DNA from: Chloropicon primus | Lineage: Eukaryota | Reading direction: 5' to 3' | Assembly (NCBI GenBank): GCA_023205875.1 | Contig: CP060763.1 | Span: forward strand, 558,001-622,000 | Length of the DNA stretch: 64,000 bases | In this document: positions 21,501-31,169 of the stretch, piece after piece | Numbering within the stretch: position 1 is the first letter of the stretch | Layout: each line of letters opens with the position of its first letter | Notes under the pieces: model-generated | Database searches by the model: none | What the model saw: the letters and a program-made list of their open reading frames with translations, nothing else | What the model was told of the DNA's origin: nothing | Program-made: the position numbers and the translations under genes

Positions 21501-21692
21501 GGGAAATACTTCAGTCTTGACTCTGGGGACTGCAAGAGGCTGAATGTTAGGATTTTCAACACCGATCACGAGGCCTCTGTCGCTGACGAGAGGTCCTACT
21601 CCGCTGGTGACCTCATGAACTTCAGGGACGAGGTCAAAGTCTTCACGAAAAAGTTCTCACCCCCCGAGAAGAGCGGTCCACAAATAACCTAA
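18591..21692 (+). CDS. Nardilysin-like M16A metallopeptidase
   Basis: HFLEHMLFMGS (HxxEH), acidic poly-D insert, FDTLRTKEQLGY. Confidence 0.93.
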   Translation: MVVDLDGVVIHKPDTDKRRYKKVVLANGLVVLLISDPDMVDQGDGGEGGNGAGAMGDDMASGSEDDDDDDDYDDDDDDDDDDSSEDSSSTKKAAVAMCVHTGSFSDFEEIPGVSHFLEHMLFMGSKDFPNENEYDSFLSKNGGASNAYTDMECTNYYFDVQPKGLRGGLQRFAGFFVSPLCKSDSVDREVQAVESEFVQALQNNAARLSQLRCHTAAEGTVHNKFTWGNFKSLIELPTSKGLVPRDLLLKYYKAEYSAERMSLVILGGEDLGTLETWAGDLFSRVPSGLGPPVSFSGQKKPFEGGRVYKLPMTKEGHELHVLFQLPCLHKFYESKPDDYVSHLIGHEGSNSLLSVLKSKGLVTQISAGVAQDGESRSTAGFMFNVTFVLTEAGLKFGDDGFGIVEYLFAYINLIKEIGPQKWIWDEIAQASKIKFKFAEEEEAMDYVQELAVNLRLYKTEHVLEGDYLHDRWDPELVKEILEYFKPSNMRVEVQSSSFKDRSLPEEEPWFKIPFSARRLSEEECERLAGFSDAPGIDLPPKNEYLPSDFSVRAQDFLQEERGGYEEAGKFVCPTPEALMAPPLLVSTSANTEAWYKFDRFFKTPRMASLLSFRLDDISSSAEQSVLLKLSTKVLEDMLVETTYLADVAGLTTFVYSCQDRLEIRIEGFSHKLPVLLEKILDGMANFTPTAERFEACKETLKRALKNSIAKPARHATYLRLISLVMESWPLEFQLEALDELTIAKCKGFISSLLAKGQRQVLIHGNITLNETQKVILDTKKHFSEDPPRAKCAKKLAELKPGQNFVHAALVQNKSEKNNASEVYFQVGPENHVDYAALSLLEQIMYEPFFDTLRTKEQLGYSVSCSLKNTYGMLGFCFSIVSAKFSPLHIEERVEAFIKDFFKVLSDMTDAEFKQHIQSAIEAKHQQDQTLIEEAERHWEQISMGRYDFFQRHHHAVEINKWGKEAFLAWFGKYFSLDSGDCKRLNVRIFNTDHEASVADERSYSAGDLMNFRDEVKVFTKKFSPPEKSGPQIT

Positions 21693-21738
21693 TTACTTAA
21701 CATTGAACATGAATGTGTACTTTATCCAGCAGTAGCAG

Positions 21739-23823
21739 TTATTGTGAGGAAGAGTCGAGTGCATTTTTGGCCAACTCGTAACCGGCGAAGTTCATGGCCC
21801 CGACTGGCGCAATCCAAAGCGCTCTCGGCAGAGCTCCCTTAAACAGCACGCCGGGCCCTTCCTCCTTCACCAGTTTGGTGGCCAGCTCCCTGATCGTGAC
21901 TGACTGGGCGCCCACGGCAGACGTCATCAATCGAGTCTTGAGCACGTCAAATGGCGTTGTCAATGCAGCGGCGACGGCTCCGGAAAGGGCTCCCAAAGCT
22001 ATCGTTTCCCAAGGTTCCAAATCCTTCCCTCGCTTCTCCCTCGACCAATTCAGTGCCGCCTTCTTGAACTGCTCGTACGCGACCATGCCAATGACGTAAA
22101 ATGGGATCTCCCTCGACAGCGTCGCCGCGCTTCCTCTGAAGAGTCCCCCCAAGCCGTCCTTCTTCATCACAGCCGAGGTGGCCGCCACCACGCCAGTGTA
22201 CTGCCCTGCTTGAAGCCTCTGCTTCAGCACCTCGCACGGAATGCGGACCGCCGTGCCAATGAAAGATCCCATCCCGGATGCAATGGTCTGCACCTGCAGG
22301 TCAGGAATGCTTGGCAGGAGCATCTTCGTTCCGAGCTTTGCCGCTTCGAACACGCCAACCCGGAAGCCTTGGCTCGATGCCGCCCCGGCAGTTGCAGGTA
22401 TAATACCCCTGTACAACCCCTTCCTGCCAAGCTTGGCGGCGTCTTTGAAGACAGTCATAATGGTGCCCTTGCTGGAGGCCTGAAGCATCGTCTTCACCGT
22501 GTCCAGGGGGTGAAGCGCCAAAGTGGACGTCCCCGAGATCATGGCGCTGGCAAGGGTGGACAGCACCAGCATCTTTTTCGAGGAGTTCGTGGGAACGATC
22601 ATGGGCACCATGGTGGCCGATTCGAACCACATCATTCCGATGTCCTTCGACTCGATCTTCTCCTTGGGAATCAGGATCAGAAAGTTTCTGTACTTGCCGT
22701 ACGACACGTACCCCGACGCGTCGGCGTCGAGGTACCTGAGCATCGAGTCTGCATTGTCATCCGAGGCTGGGAACTGCATCTTTTGCAGCAAGGACTTGAT
22801 CTGGTGCTTCTTCAGGGATCCGAACTGACTGACGTCCAGTGCATTGAAGTTCGCAAGCATCGCCGACTCCCTCTCCTGGTTCAGGGACCTGAAGTCCTCC
22901 CACACGATGGACTTGCCAAAGGGCCACTTGGCGTGCCTCTTGGCCCTCTTGATGAAGTTGTCCGCGTACTTTTCTGGCAGATTCCTCCTCTTCATCTCCA
23001 CCCTCATGTCGTCCAGGGTGACCACCCCGTCCTTGTTCCTGTCCAGCTCGTCAAAAAATCTTTTGGCCTCGTCCTCGGTGTACTTGAAAAACTCCTGCAC
23101 AATGTCAAGCCTCCGCTTGGAGGGCATGCCCCCCTTCATCTGGTCATTGAACTCCTTGAAGAAGGGCGGGATGACGAGGGACTCCCTGGCCTCCCTCAGC
23201 TTCTCGTAGGCCGCCGAGGAGATGGCGCTCATGTCCGGCCAGACGGGAACGCTCTCGCTCAAGTTAGGCGCGGTGGTCGCCGCGGAGGGGTCGCCGAGCC
23301 CAGCGGATTCGGCAGCATCTCCGCCGGTCGCGCCCCTCCGCTGCTCGGCCCCGCCCTCCTTCTCATCGCCGCTCTTGCTGGGGTCAAGGGGGTCCCCTCG
23401 GCCCGAAGGGGCTGACCCCTCGGCGGGCGCCTCCTCGCTCGCCGGCGAGGTGCTCTCCGCGCCGGTGCCACTCCCCGACATCTCCGAGTGAACCTGGTGC
23501 AAGACCTGCGTCAGCCGGCCGTAACCCGCCCGTATCCCATGCCTCGCGAACTTCCTGGCTTTCCTGCCCCTGACTTTCGCGGCAACGAGGGCCTCTGCTA
23601 TCTTCTTCTTCCTCTCCTGGAGACGCAAGTCCTTCCGTTCATTCCCCTCCCCGCCACCCTCGCTCCCTCCCCGACCGCCGACGTGCCTGTGCAAGCTCTT
23701 CAGTAGCACGGCCGGCCACAGCTGCGGCCTCGAGTCCTTCTCCGCCCTCCTGCTTCCGTCCAATCTCCCCACCTCCGCAGCGTTCGCGGTATTCCCTCCA
23801 CTCCCTCTCCTCTTCCTCCCCAT
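21739..23823 (-). CDS. Mitochondrial-carrier-family protein with N-terminal EF-hands (SAM-carrier-like)
   Basis: EF-hands DRNKDGVVT and DADASGYVS; carrier motifs PLDTVK, PCEVLK, PFDVLK. Confidence 0.9.
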   Translation of the reverse strand: MGRKRRGSGGNTANAAEVGRLDGSRRAEKDSRPQLWPAVLLKSLHRHVGGRGGSEGGGEGNERKDLRLQERKKKIAEALVAAKVRGRKARKFARHGIRAGYGRLTQVLHQVHSEMSGSGTGAESTSPASEEAPAEGSAPSGRGDPLDPSKSGDEKEGGAEQRRGATGGDAAESAGLGDPSAATTAPNLSESVPVWPDMSAISSAAYEKLREARESLVIPPFFKEFNDQMKGGMPSKRRLDIVQEFFKYTEDEAKRFFDELDRNKDGVVTLDDMRVEMKRRNLPEKYADNFIKRAKRHAKWPFGKSIVWEDFRSLNQERESAMLANFNALDVSQFGSLKKHQIKSLLQKMQFPASDDNADSMLRYLDADASGYVSYGKYRNFLILIPKEKIESKDIGMMWFESATMVPMIVPTNSSKKMLVLSTLASAMISGTSTLALHPLDTVKTMLQASSKGTIMTVFKDAAKLGRKGLYRGIIPATAGAASSQGFRVGVFEAAKLGTKMLLPSIPDLQVQTIASGMGSFIGTAVRIPCEVLKQRLQAGQYTGVVAATSAVMKKDGLGGLFRGSAATLSREIPFYVIGMVAYEQFKKAALNWSREKRGKDLEPWETIALGALSGAVAAALTTPFDVLKTRLMTSAVGAQSVTIRELATKLVKEEGPGVLFKGALPRALWIAPVGAMNFAGYELAKNALDSSSQ

Positions 23824-24435
23824 CTCCTCCCCAGGGCTAGGCCTCGCTCCCTCGCCGCAAAACCCACGCCCTCCACCTCAAGCCGCTCCACTCGGCACGA
23901 AACCAAACTGAGGCAGGCACCCTTCCTCGAAACACAAACAAAAACACAAAAACACTAACGCATTCAATGCAATGCTATGCCATGCCATGCCATGCACAAC
24001 CTCCTCCCCTCCTCCTCGCGACACGCTCGAAAGAGAACCCAGCGACGGAGACGGAGACGGAGGCCACGTATCGTATTGTGTCGTATCGTATCGTGTCGTG
24101 TCGTGTCGTGGTCCCCTTCGCGCTCGGAGGCCTCACTCTCGCCTCTTCCTCGTGTCGACTCGACGCTTGCGCTCAACCTTATCTTGAAGAACAGCTTCAG
24201 AGTTGGGATCTCAGCCTCGAGCAAGGTGAGGGAGAGGACAGGAAGTCTGTACCGATGGATCGAGTTCGGAAAGAAACAGAGGGACACGGAAGATAACAGG
24301 AGATTCCTCGTGTCATGATCTTTCGAAAGAGACCTCGCTGGAAAGGAATGGCGTCCTGTGGAGGATTTGGTTTACTGATCAAGTTTGTTTTTTCTTGGCT
24401 CTTGGCTCACTCATGCCGTGGTGGTCATCCGAAGG

Positions 24436-25401
24436 ATGAGAGCTAGGAGAGCGGCAGGTGCCGTGGCGAGGACGGATCACCCGATGGCGGCGGGGAGGAT
24501 CCACCAAAGGGGGCGAGGGGGGAGGTTGATAGGATCGAGGAGGACGAGGAGACCGACCTGCTGCGCGGCCACCAAGGTGCCCATATTGGTGAACAGCACT
24601 GCTGGGAAGATGGGTTTCGCCACCGCAGAGTCTGTGGTTATGGCTGGCTTGGAGCTTGTTCCCGTCTCTTTCTCTGCAGTGGCTGCGAGGGAGCGGGTTT
24701 CCGTGGAGGGCGTCCCCGTGGACGTGTGGCCGATACAGGAAAGGGACAGAGTGATCCGGGAGGTGAAGGAGAAGCACCCGGGCTTGCTGGTGATCGATTT
24801 CACGCTGCCGGACGCAGTCAACTCGAACGCGGAGTTTTATCTCGAGCACGACCTCCCTTTCGTGATGGGAACTACGGGGGGCGATAGGGAGAAGCTCCTC
24901 AAGGACGTCGGCGATGGCGGGCACTACGCGGTCATCGCGGCGAACATGGGAAAGCAGATCGTTGCCCTCCAAGCCATGCTTCAGTACGCAGCCCGCGAGT
25001 TTCCCGGCGCCTTTTCTGGCTACAAGCTCGACGTGGTGGAGTCCCACCAGTCCACAAAGGTGGACACCTCGGGAACGGCCAAGGACATCGTGCTCTCCTT
25101 CAACGACCTGGGCATGCCGTGCGAGGAGGAGGACATCAGAAAAGTCAGGGAACCAGGCCAGCAGATGTCCGAAATGAAGGTCCCAGAGGAGTACCTGAGG
25201 GGTCACGCCTTCCACACGTACACCCTAACTAGCGACGACGGCACGGTGAACTTTCAATTCCAGCACAACGTCTGCGGCAGGAGGTTCTACGCCGAGGGCT
25301 CCGTCGATGCTGCCCTCTTCCTGGCGAAGCAGATCGAAAGCAAGTCCGAAAAGAAGCTGTTCGACATGGTGGACGTTCTCAACGCAGGAGCGATGAGGTG
25401 A
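24436..25401 (+). CDS. dapB: 4-hydroxy-tetrahydrodipicolinate reductase, plastid type
   Basis: GKMG, DFTLP, FVMGTTGG, ESHQSTKVDTSGTA, HNVCGR; Arg-rich transit peptide. Confidence 0.92.
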   Translation: MRARRAAGAVARTDHPMAAGRIHQRGRGGRLIGSRRTRRPTCCAATKVPILVNSTAGKMGFATAESVVMAGLELVPVSFSAVAARERVSVEGVPVDVWPIQERDRVIREVKEKHPGLLVIDFTLPDAVNSNAEFYLEHDLPFVMGTTGGDREKLLKDVGDGGHYAVIAANMGKQIVALQAMLQYAAREFPGAFSGYKLDVVESHQSTKVDTSGTAKDIVLSFNDLGMPCEEEDIRKVREPGQQMSEMKVPEEYLRGHAFHTYTLTSDDGTVNFQFQHNVCGRRFYAEGSVDAALFLAKQIESKSEKKLFDMVDVLNAGAMR

Positions 25402-25539
25402 AGGTGAAGGATTCATAAATCCTGTGACAACAGGGAGGGGGCACACCCACGTAAAGAATTTGTTTGTATTACAATGGCTTATTCTCTTGCTCGAGCCAGG
25501 CTCCTGGTCTTTCGGTCTTCAGACGGTGAAGGGAGCGGG

Positions 25540-26577
25540 CTAGCGGTACACCGCGCACGTCTCCTCGCAACTTTGCGAGAGGTACTTGAGGCAAAGCTTG
25601 TAGTTCTCGGGCCCGCCGGGCGCGCTGGGAGGATAAGCCCTGTCGCACGCAGCAGAGAAGGCAATCTGACAGGACTCCTTGCAAGCGTGGACCTTGTCCT
25701 TCTCAGACCGGACGCACCTCGTCTCACAGTCTTGGACCCCCCCAAACTCTGAGCAGACGTCGATGCAGACTTTCTTGGACTCTCCGGATGTCGAACCAAA
25801 GTCCTCCCTCCCAGGCACGGGCAGCCTCTGCTTCTTGGCATACAATACCCGCGAGGCCAAGCCCAGGACACCGTTGGCGGGCTTGATCGAGTTGCTCTTC
25901 TGCCACGAGGACACGGCCTGCTCGGTCTTTTCTCCGTAGTACCCCGTGGGATCCTCCTTCAAGTACCCCTGGATCACCGTGCGGGGTGACAGGAGCAGGA
26001 GCCCAGCAACATAGCGAAGAGGACGAGGAAGAGGGAGAGGGCCAAACAATCAAAACACCGAAGTCAGTCACGCTTGCTCGAGCCAGGCGGAGGGCCAAGC
26101 CGTTCGCAATGCAAGCGAAACGGAAGGCAGGGGGGAGAGGCATGGATGGGTGGACGGACTTGCCCACGAATTGCGTTTGCTCTCGCCTCGCGCGCGGGTC
26201 AACTTTCACCCCCATTCATGGGCTGGTTTCGGTCCTTGTCGCAACACTCACCTTGCGGTTAAGAAACTGCTGCAGGCAGTTGACGTCCCCTCCGTAGCTC
26301 CCCGCACCCATGTCCCTGTAGAAGTAACAAGCATCTCCTCGAAGGCTGTCGCGACGGAGGCGAAAGGAAACAAAAGAAGCAACAAGTCGTGAGTCCCACG
26401 AGCCTCCGATTTTGGAGAAATGCGAAAGAAGAATCGTTTCCTTTCTCGTGCCGATTCGAAGAGGGTGGGAGTTCGAACTCCACTGCCTCGTTTGCATCCA
26501 ACGATTCGTTCGGGACCATTGTGGCGCGCGTACCTCTTGGGGTCAGGCCCCTTGAAAGCTCTTCCCTTCTTCGCCAT
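25540..26577 (-). CDS. Peptidoglycan-binding-like domain plus Cys-rich domain, 188 aa; exons 26577-26534, 26345-26252, 25968-25540
   Basis: Spliced product reads GSYGGDVNCLQQFLNRK|GYLKEDPTGYYGEKTEQAVSSWQKSNSI..GVLG (PG_binding_1 pattern). Both introns are GT-AG and phase-compatible; TGTAA lies downstream. Confidence 0.75.
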
Positions 26578-26769
26578 GGTTCGTGTCGTTCCCGGATTTC
26601 CGATTGGTGCAAATGTCCAGGTGAGGAGAGGAGGTCGTTCCCCTTGAAGGGAGTTTTGGAGTTTGGGGTTGGAAATAGATTTACAGAATTTTATGTTTGT
26701 TTTCGATTGATGGTCTCGTCGTCTCTGTCCTAGCTTTCTCTCTCTCCAACACTTCTCTCGCCGAGAGTC

Positions 26770-29700
26770 TCACTGAACGCCAGCTTCCATCTTCTCCTTG
26801 ATCCAGGCTCTGATCCTTTCTTTGAGTTCCGGCATCGGCTCCACCATGTCGATGGTCAGCTCCGAGCGACTGAAGGGGTCCGTCTTGTCCAGCAAGAGGT
26901 GCCTCTCGATGATGCTTCTGTCGATGACGACCTTGGAGGAAGGAAGCCGGACCGGGTCGCGCATCACGGTGAACTGGATGGGGTCCAAGAACTCTTCGGG
27001 GATGTCGTCCAGGTCGTCGATGTTCACCTTGAGGTCCTTCTCGCTGTCCGCCTGCTTCAACATCTGCACAAAGTCTTGGAAGTTGTTGAACCTCTGCTGG
27101 GAGGGTATGTCAGGCTTCGTGGAGATCTCGTACGTCAAGAACGAGACCAGGTAATCGAAGCACTCCAGCTGGCACGTCTTGCTCTGCGCGATGGTGTTCA
27201 CGAAATCGTTGCAGCAGGCGCTGTCGGGGCCCTTCTCGGCCTCCAGCTGCTCCTGCGCGGCCATGTGCAAGTTGATCAGGATCCCGGTGATCGGGGCGAG
27301 GATGGTGAACCTCGAGACCTTCTCCAAGAACGGGACGTGGTGGGAAGGCGACCCTATGATCTGCTCGAAGAGTTTGCTGTCCGGGCCAAGCGTCGTGTGC
27401 TGCAGTATGAAGGACACCGTCTCGATCAGACGGTCCGTGTTCATGGACGACCCCTTCAAGAACGTGGACGGGAGCTCCCTGACGATGAACTCCAGCAGGC
27501 GCAGAAGGTTTACACTGAGCTCGAACATTATGGTACACTTGCGCTGCTGCTGCTGAAGCTCCGCCGAGGAAGAGTGGGAGCTCCTGGAATCGTGAATCTC
27601 TTTCATCGCGACCGTGAACTCGGTTGCGGTCCAGTTCATGATCGTGAAAAGCCTGTTGAGGAAAGCATTGTACACGTCTGGGTGGGCCTTGCACGTGTCC
27701 TGCAGCAGCTGCTGGAAGATAAGAGAGGTGCTCTCGTTGGTCCTCTTCTGGCCGAATCCCATGCCCTTGCACAACCGCAGGAGGATGTTGGACACCGGTA
27801 TCCAGAACCTCGAATCGAAGCATTGCAGGAGCGACTCGATGAACACGTCTTGGGCGGACCTGTTCTCCTCAAAGGCCACGACAAAGTCCCTGTACTGGAG
27901 GAGCACGCTTATGGATTGGAACATCACATCTCGGACATCTGGATTCACGATTCGGTCGTCGTTGAAGTGGAGGACCAGGAAAGTGATGATGTCCTCCAAC
28001 CCGTAGCCCAGCAGGCACCTCACCGGGGGATCGCCCCTTCGGAACGCATGGAAAGAGTCCATCACGACCTCCAAGTAGCTCTCCGGCACGAATTGCAAGA
28101 ACTTTTCGTGCTTGGAGGCTTCAAGGAGAAGCCTGGTCTGAAAGATGCACATGGCAAACATCGCCTCCTGCTTCCACGTGGAGTACAGCAAGGCCCTGAA
28201 CCACGAGCACTGCCTCACGCTCTCCACGACGTCTTCCATGAAGAGGGAGCAGGCCTCCGTCAGATGCTTGTGGTAGTCCGGGTTCGTGGGCTCGGCCTCG
28301 TCTCGGCGCTTTATGGCATCCTCAAGCTGCGAAATCGCGCTCACTTGGTTCTGCAGCTGCAGGCTCGCCTGCTTGAATTTGGAGGCCAGCCCAAGATGGT
28401 AGAGCCAATTTATGCTGTCGAGAACCATGGCAAGCATCTCCGTGTCTTGGTCGACGCTGTCCAGGAACTGGTTGTGGTACACGGTAAAGGCAGTGTCATA
28501 AAGGGTCGTGCCATTTATGATTCCGGTGCTGAGGACGGATTTGTATGGTACACTCACGTCAAGCTCGATGTCTTTCAGCTGGTCCATGTCCACAGACTTT
28601 TGGAGGTGGGAAAACGTTCCACCAAGCCGGGAGGCGTCCACGTAGTGGTCCAGCTCATCCGTGTCCAAAAACATCTTAGCGAACGCGGCCTTTGGCAGCA
28701 CAGCCGCCAGCTTGTCGTTCAACAGGAGAGGCCTGACCAGCCTCAGCAGAACGTAATAAAGGGACGTCAGAACCGAGTTGTCACTCAGTCCAGCTGGCTG
28801 GACGTTCCTCAGCGCGCCCCTGTTCTTCTGCAAAATCGACCTCAAGAAGCTCTTGAACACGTCCTTGGAATGCTTCAGGATGCACAAGACGAGCTGCACT
28901 TGGTTCGCCTCCACCCTCGTGATGGCATTCTCCAGAGTTGCGCACGCCTCCTTCATCCCCTTCTCGTCGATCTCGGCGTCTTGAGCCCCGTGCCACCAAA
29001 CATGCGGCAGCAGAATCGCGAGGTCGTGAGAATTCGGCTGCTTCTGCACCAAAAGCCCTTCCAGGGACTCCACAAAGCTCTTGCTGGCGAAGATCACCTT
29101 GCGCACCCTTTGGTTCTCCAGCAGCACAATCCCAAGCTGGAGATAGAACAAATTCCTCTTCCCCGTGCCACGCGAATCCTCGGCATCCATATCTATACAA
29201 AAGTTTGATCGGCAGGACTCGGATATCCGAGAAAAGATGCATTGGACCACCCTGTCCAGCTCCTCCTCGCTGAGGTTTTCGGCGAGGAGGCACACCACCT
29301 TCGGGGTGGCCATGTTCGTCTTCCTCTTCAAGTCCTCGACCGCCTCATCTCCCGTGAGCCCCAATTCCTCCTCCTCAAGCTTCTTCAGGAGAAACGGTAT
29401 GAGCGTTCCCTCGATGAAGTAGGGGCTCAGAAGCATGGGAACCAATCGGTCACAAAGCACGTTTACCATCAGGAAATACTCGTCCGTCGTGAGCGAGTCC
29501 TTGACGATGTCGCTGGCCGCCACGGTGTCGAGCGCTTCCAGGAGGAAGGCTCCCACCTGGAGGAAGGACCTCTTCGGAGGCTCCTGAATGGGTCCGAAGC
29601 CCCCAATGGGGTATCTGAAGGGCAAGTTCCCAAAGTTTGTGACGCACCTCTCCCCATGCGACAGAGAGAAGGCGGGAAAGTACGCCATCCCCGGCATGTG

Positions 29701-30825
29701 TCGCTTCACTCCCTTGAAAGCCACGCCGAGAGGCCGCCCGTTCCTGTAAAAGCTTATCTCACCCTCGTCCACGTCGAAGCAGCACCCGATCACGTCTCCC
29801 GGCATCCAAGGCTGGCCGTAAGGATGGCACGACACGTTCCACTTTCTCACGCGCTTTCCGTCGTAAGCATACGAGTTTGGGAAATCCCCCACTCCCTCCT
29901 CGTTGGTGAACGGGCACGTTGGCGTCGCCCAACCGACCTGCTGTATCCCAGCCGTGCCCAATATGACCTCGTACTGCCACGACCCCGACAACACGCAAGT
30001 GTTCGTCCGCGCAGAGCAAAAGTTGCTGAGCGATTCCATCCCAAGGTTGTGCTCGTCCATTTTGACGTACCCGTTGCACGCCTCGGTGTCCAGGCACACC
30101 GTCGCTGGCCCGAGCCTGGATGGCACCTCCTCGGTCCGGGTGCCCCCCTCCTCCTCGTCATCCTCCTCGTCATCCGAGTCAAGCGGGGGCCGCGGGGTCG
30201 GCTCGCCTGTCGCCCCCCCCTCCGTGGCCTCCTCCTCCTTCATCAGCGTGTCCACGAAACACTCCAAGTCTTCTTCCAGCCTCTGCAGCCAAGTTCTTTG
30301 TCGAGTGAGCGAGCAAGCAACAAACGACACACGAGGCAGAGAGACACAGCGATACGCGCGACGACGGAGAAAACGGACATGGTCAGCAAAGCAGTCAGAG
30401 AACGGCCGCATCGAGGCCCTCGGCTTGGCTCTCCCCCCTTACCCTTTCCCGTCCCCCTCGTAGGTCCTGGAGAGATACCTGGCGCCCGAGAACACCTCAC
30501 TCGCGTCCCTCAAAATCTTCCTCATGAGCCTTTGGTCCGAGCGAAGCGAAGGGCAACGACGAAGAACAACGACGAAGAGCGAGCGCTAACACGTTAGTTC
30601 GGTCCCGTGGGGTCGAGGCCTGCGAGAGGATACGTGCCGAGCCCAGGCTTTGTCTGGAGAGTCGTTTCCTTTTCCTTTCTTGCCTTACCTTTCTTGCGGG
30701 GAAGGCGTTCCTCCGTGCAAGCCAGAGGTACTTCCGGCGACGTCCTCCTCCGTCTTGAGGAGGCGGAAGGGCACCTCATCCTCCTTCTGCAGCGCTGCCA
30801 CCTCCGCGTCTTCTTCTAAGCCCAT
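26770..30825 (-). CDS. RKP/RNF123-like E3 ligase: SPRY, UFD2-like core and U-box; exons 30825-30689, 30529-30443, 30295-26770
   Basis: SPRY motifs [31 protein letters not shown]-terminal U-box [33 protein letters not shown]. Confidence 0.88.
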
Positions 30826-31169
30826 GGTCGGTCCCGTCCTCGTCACGCTCCGCGAACTGGATCGAGCTTTCCTTCCCTGATCAGAAAAATCCTTGGCGAA
30901 CGAGGGAAGGGAGAGGGGCCGTTTCGGAACTCGACCGTCAGTTGTTAATGTGAAGGGAGGATGTCGAGCAATGCAATGCATGGCTTCGCTCAGACCTGGG
31001 AGCTGGTCCTTGGGCACGTGGTGCTACGAGCCTCTCCGCGAGGGTTATTGAAACAAAAATGTTTGGGTGTTGCTTTACAATGATCGTTAATATGTTTTTC
31101 TGTTGTGTACAAGAGCGCGTCACCATCATCGGTGAGGTGCAGCCCTGGCCCCTTGGCGGGACCCGCCGC

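Noticed and set aside
23960..24320. Stacked short ORFs with VSYRIVS/CRVV repeats
   Set aside because: Translations of (GCCAT)n and (TCGTR)n simple repeats in a divergent promoter region.
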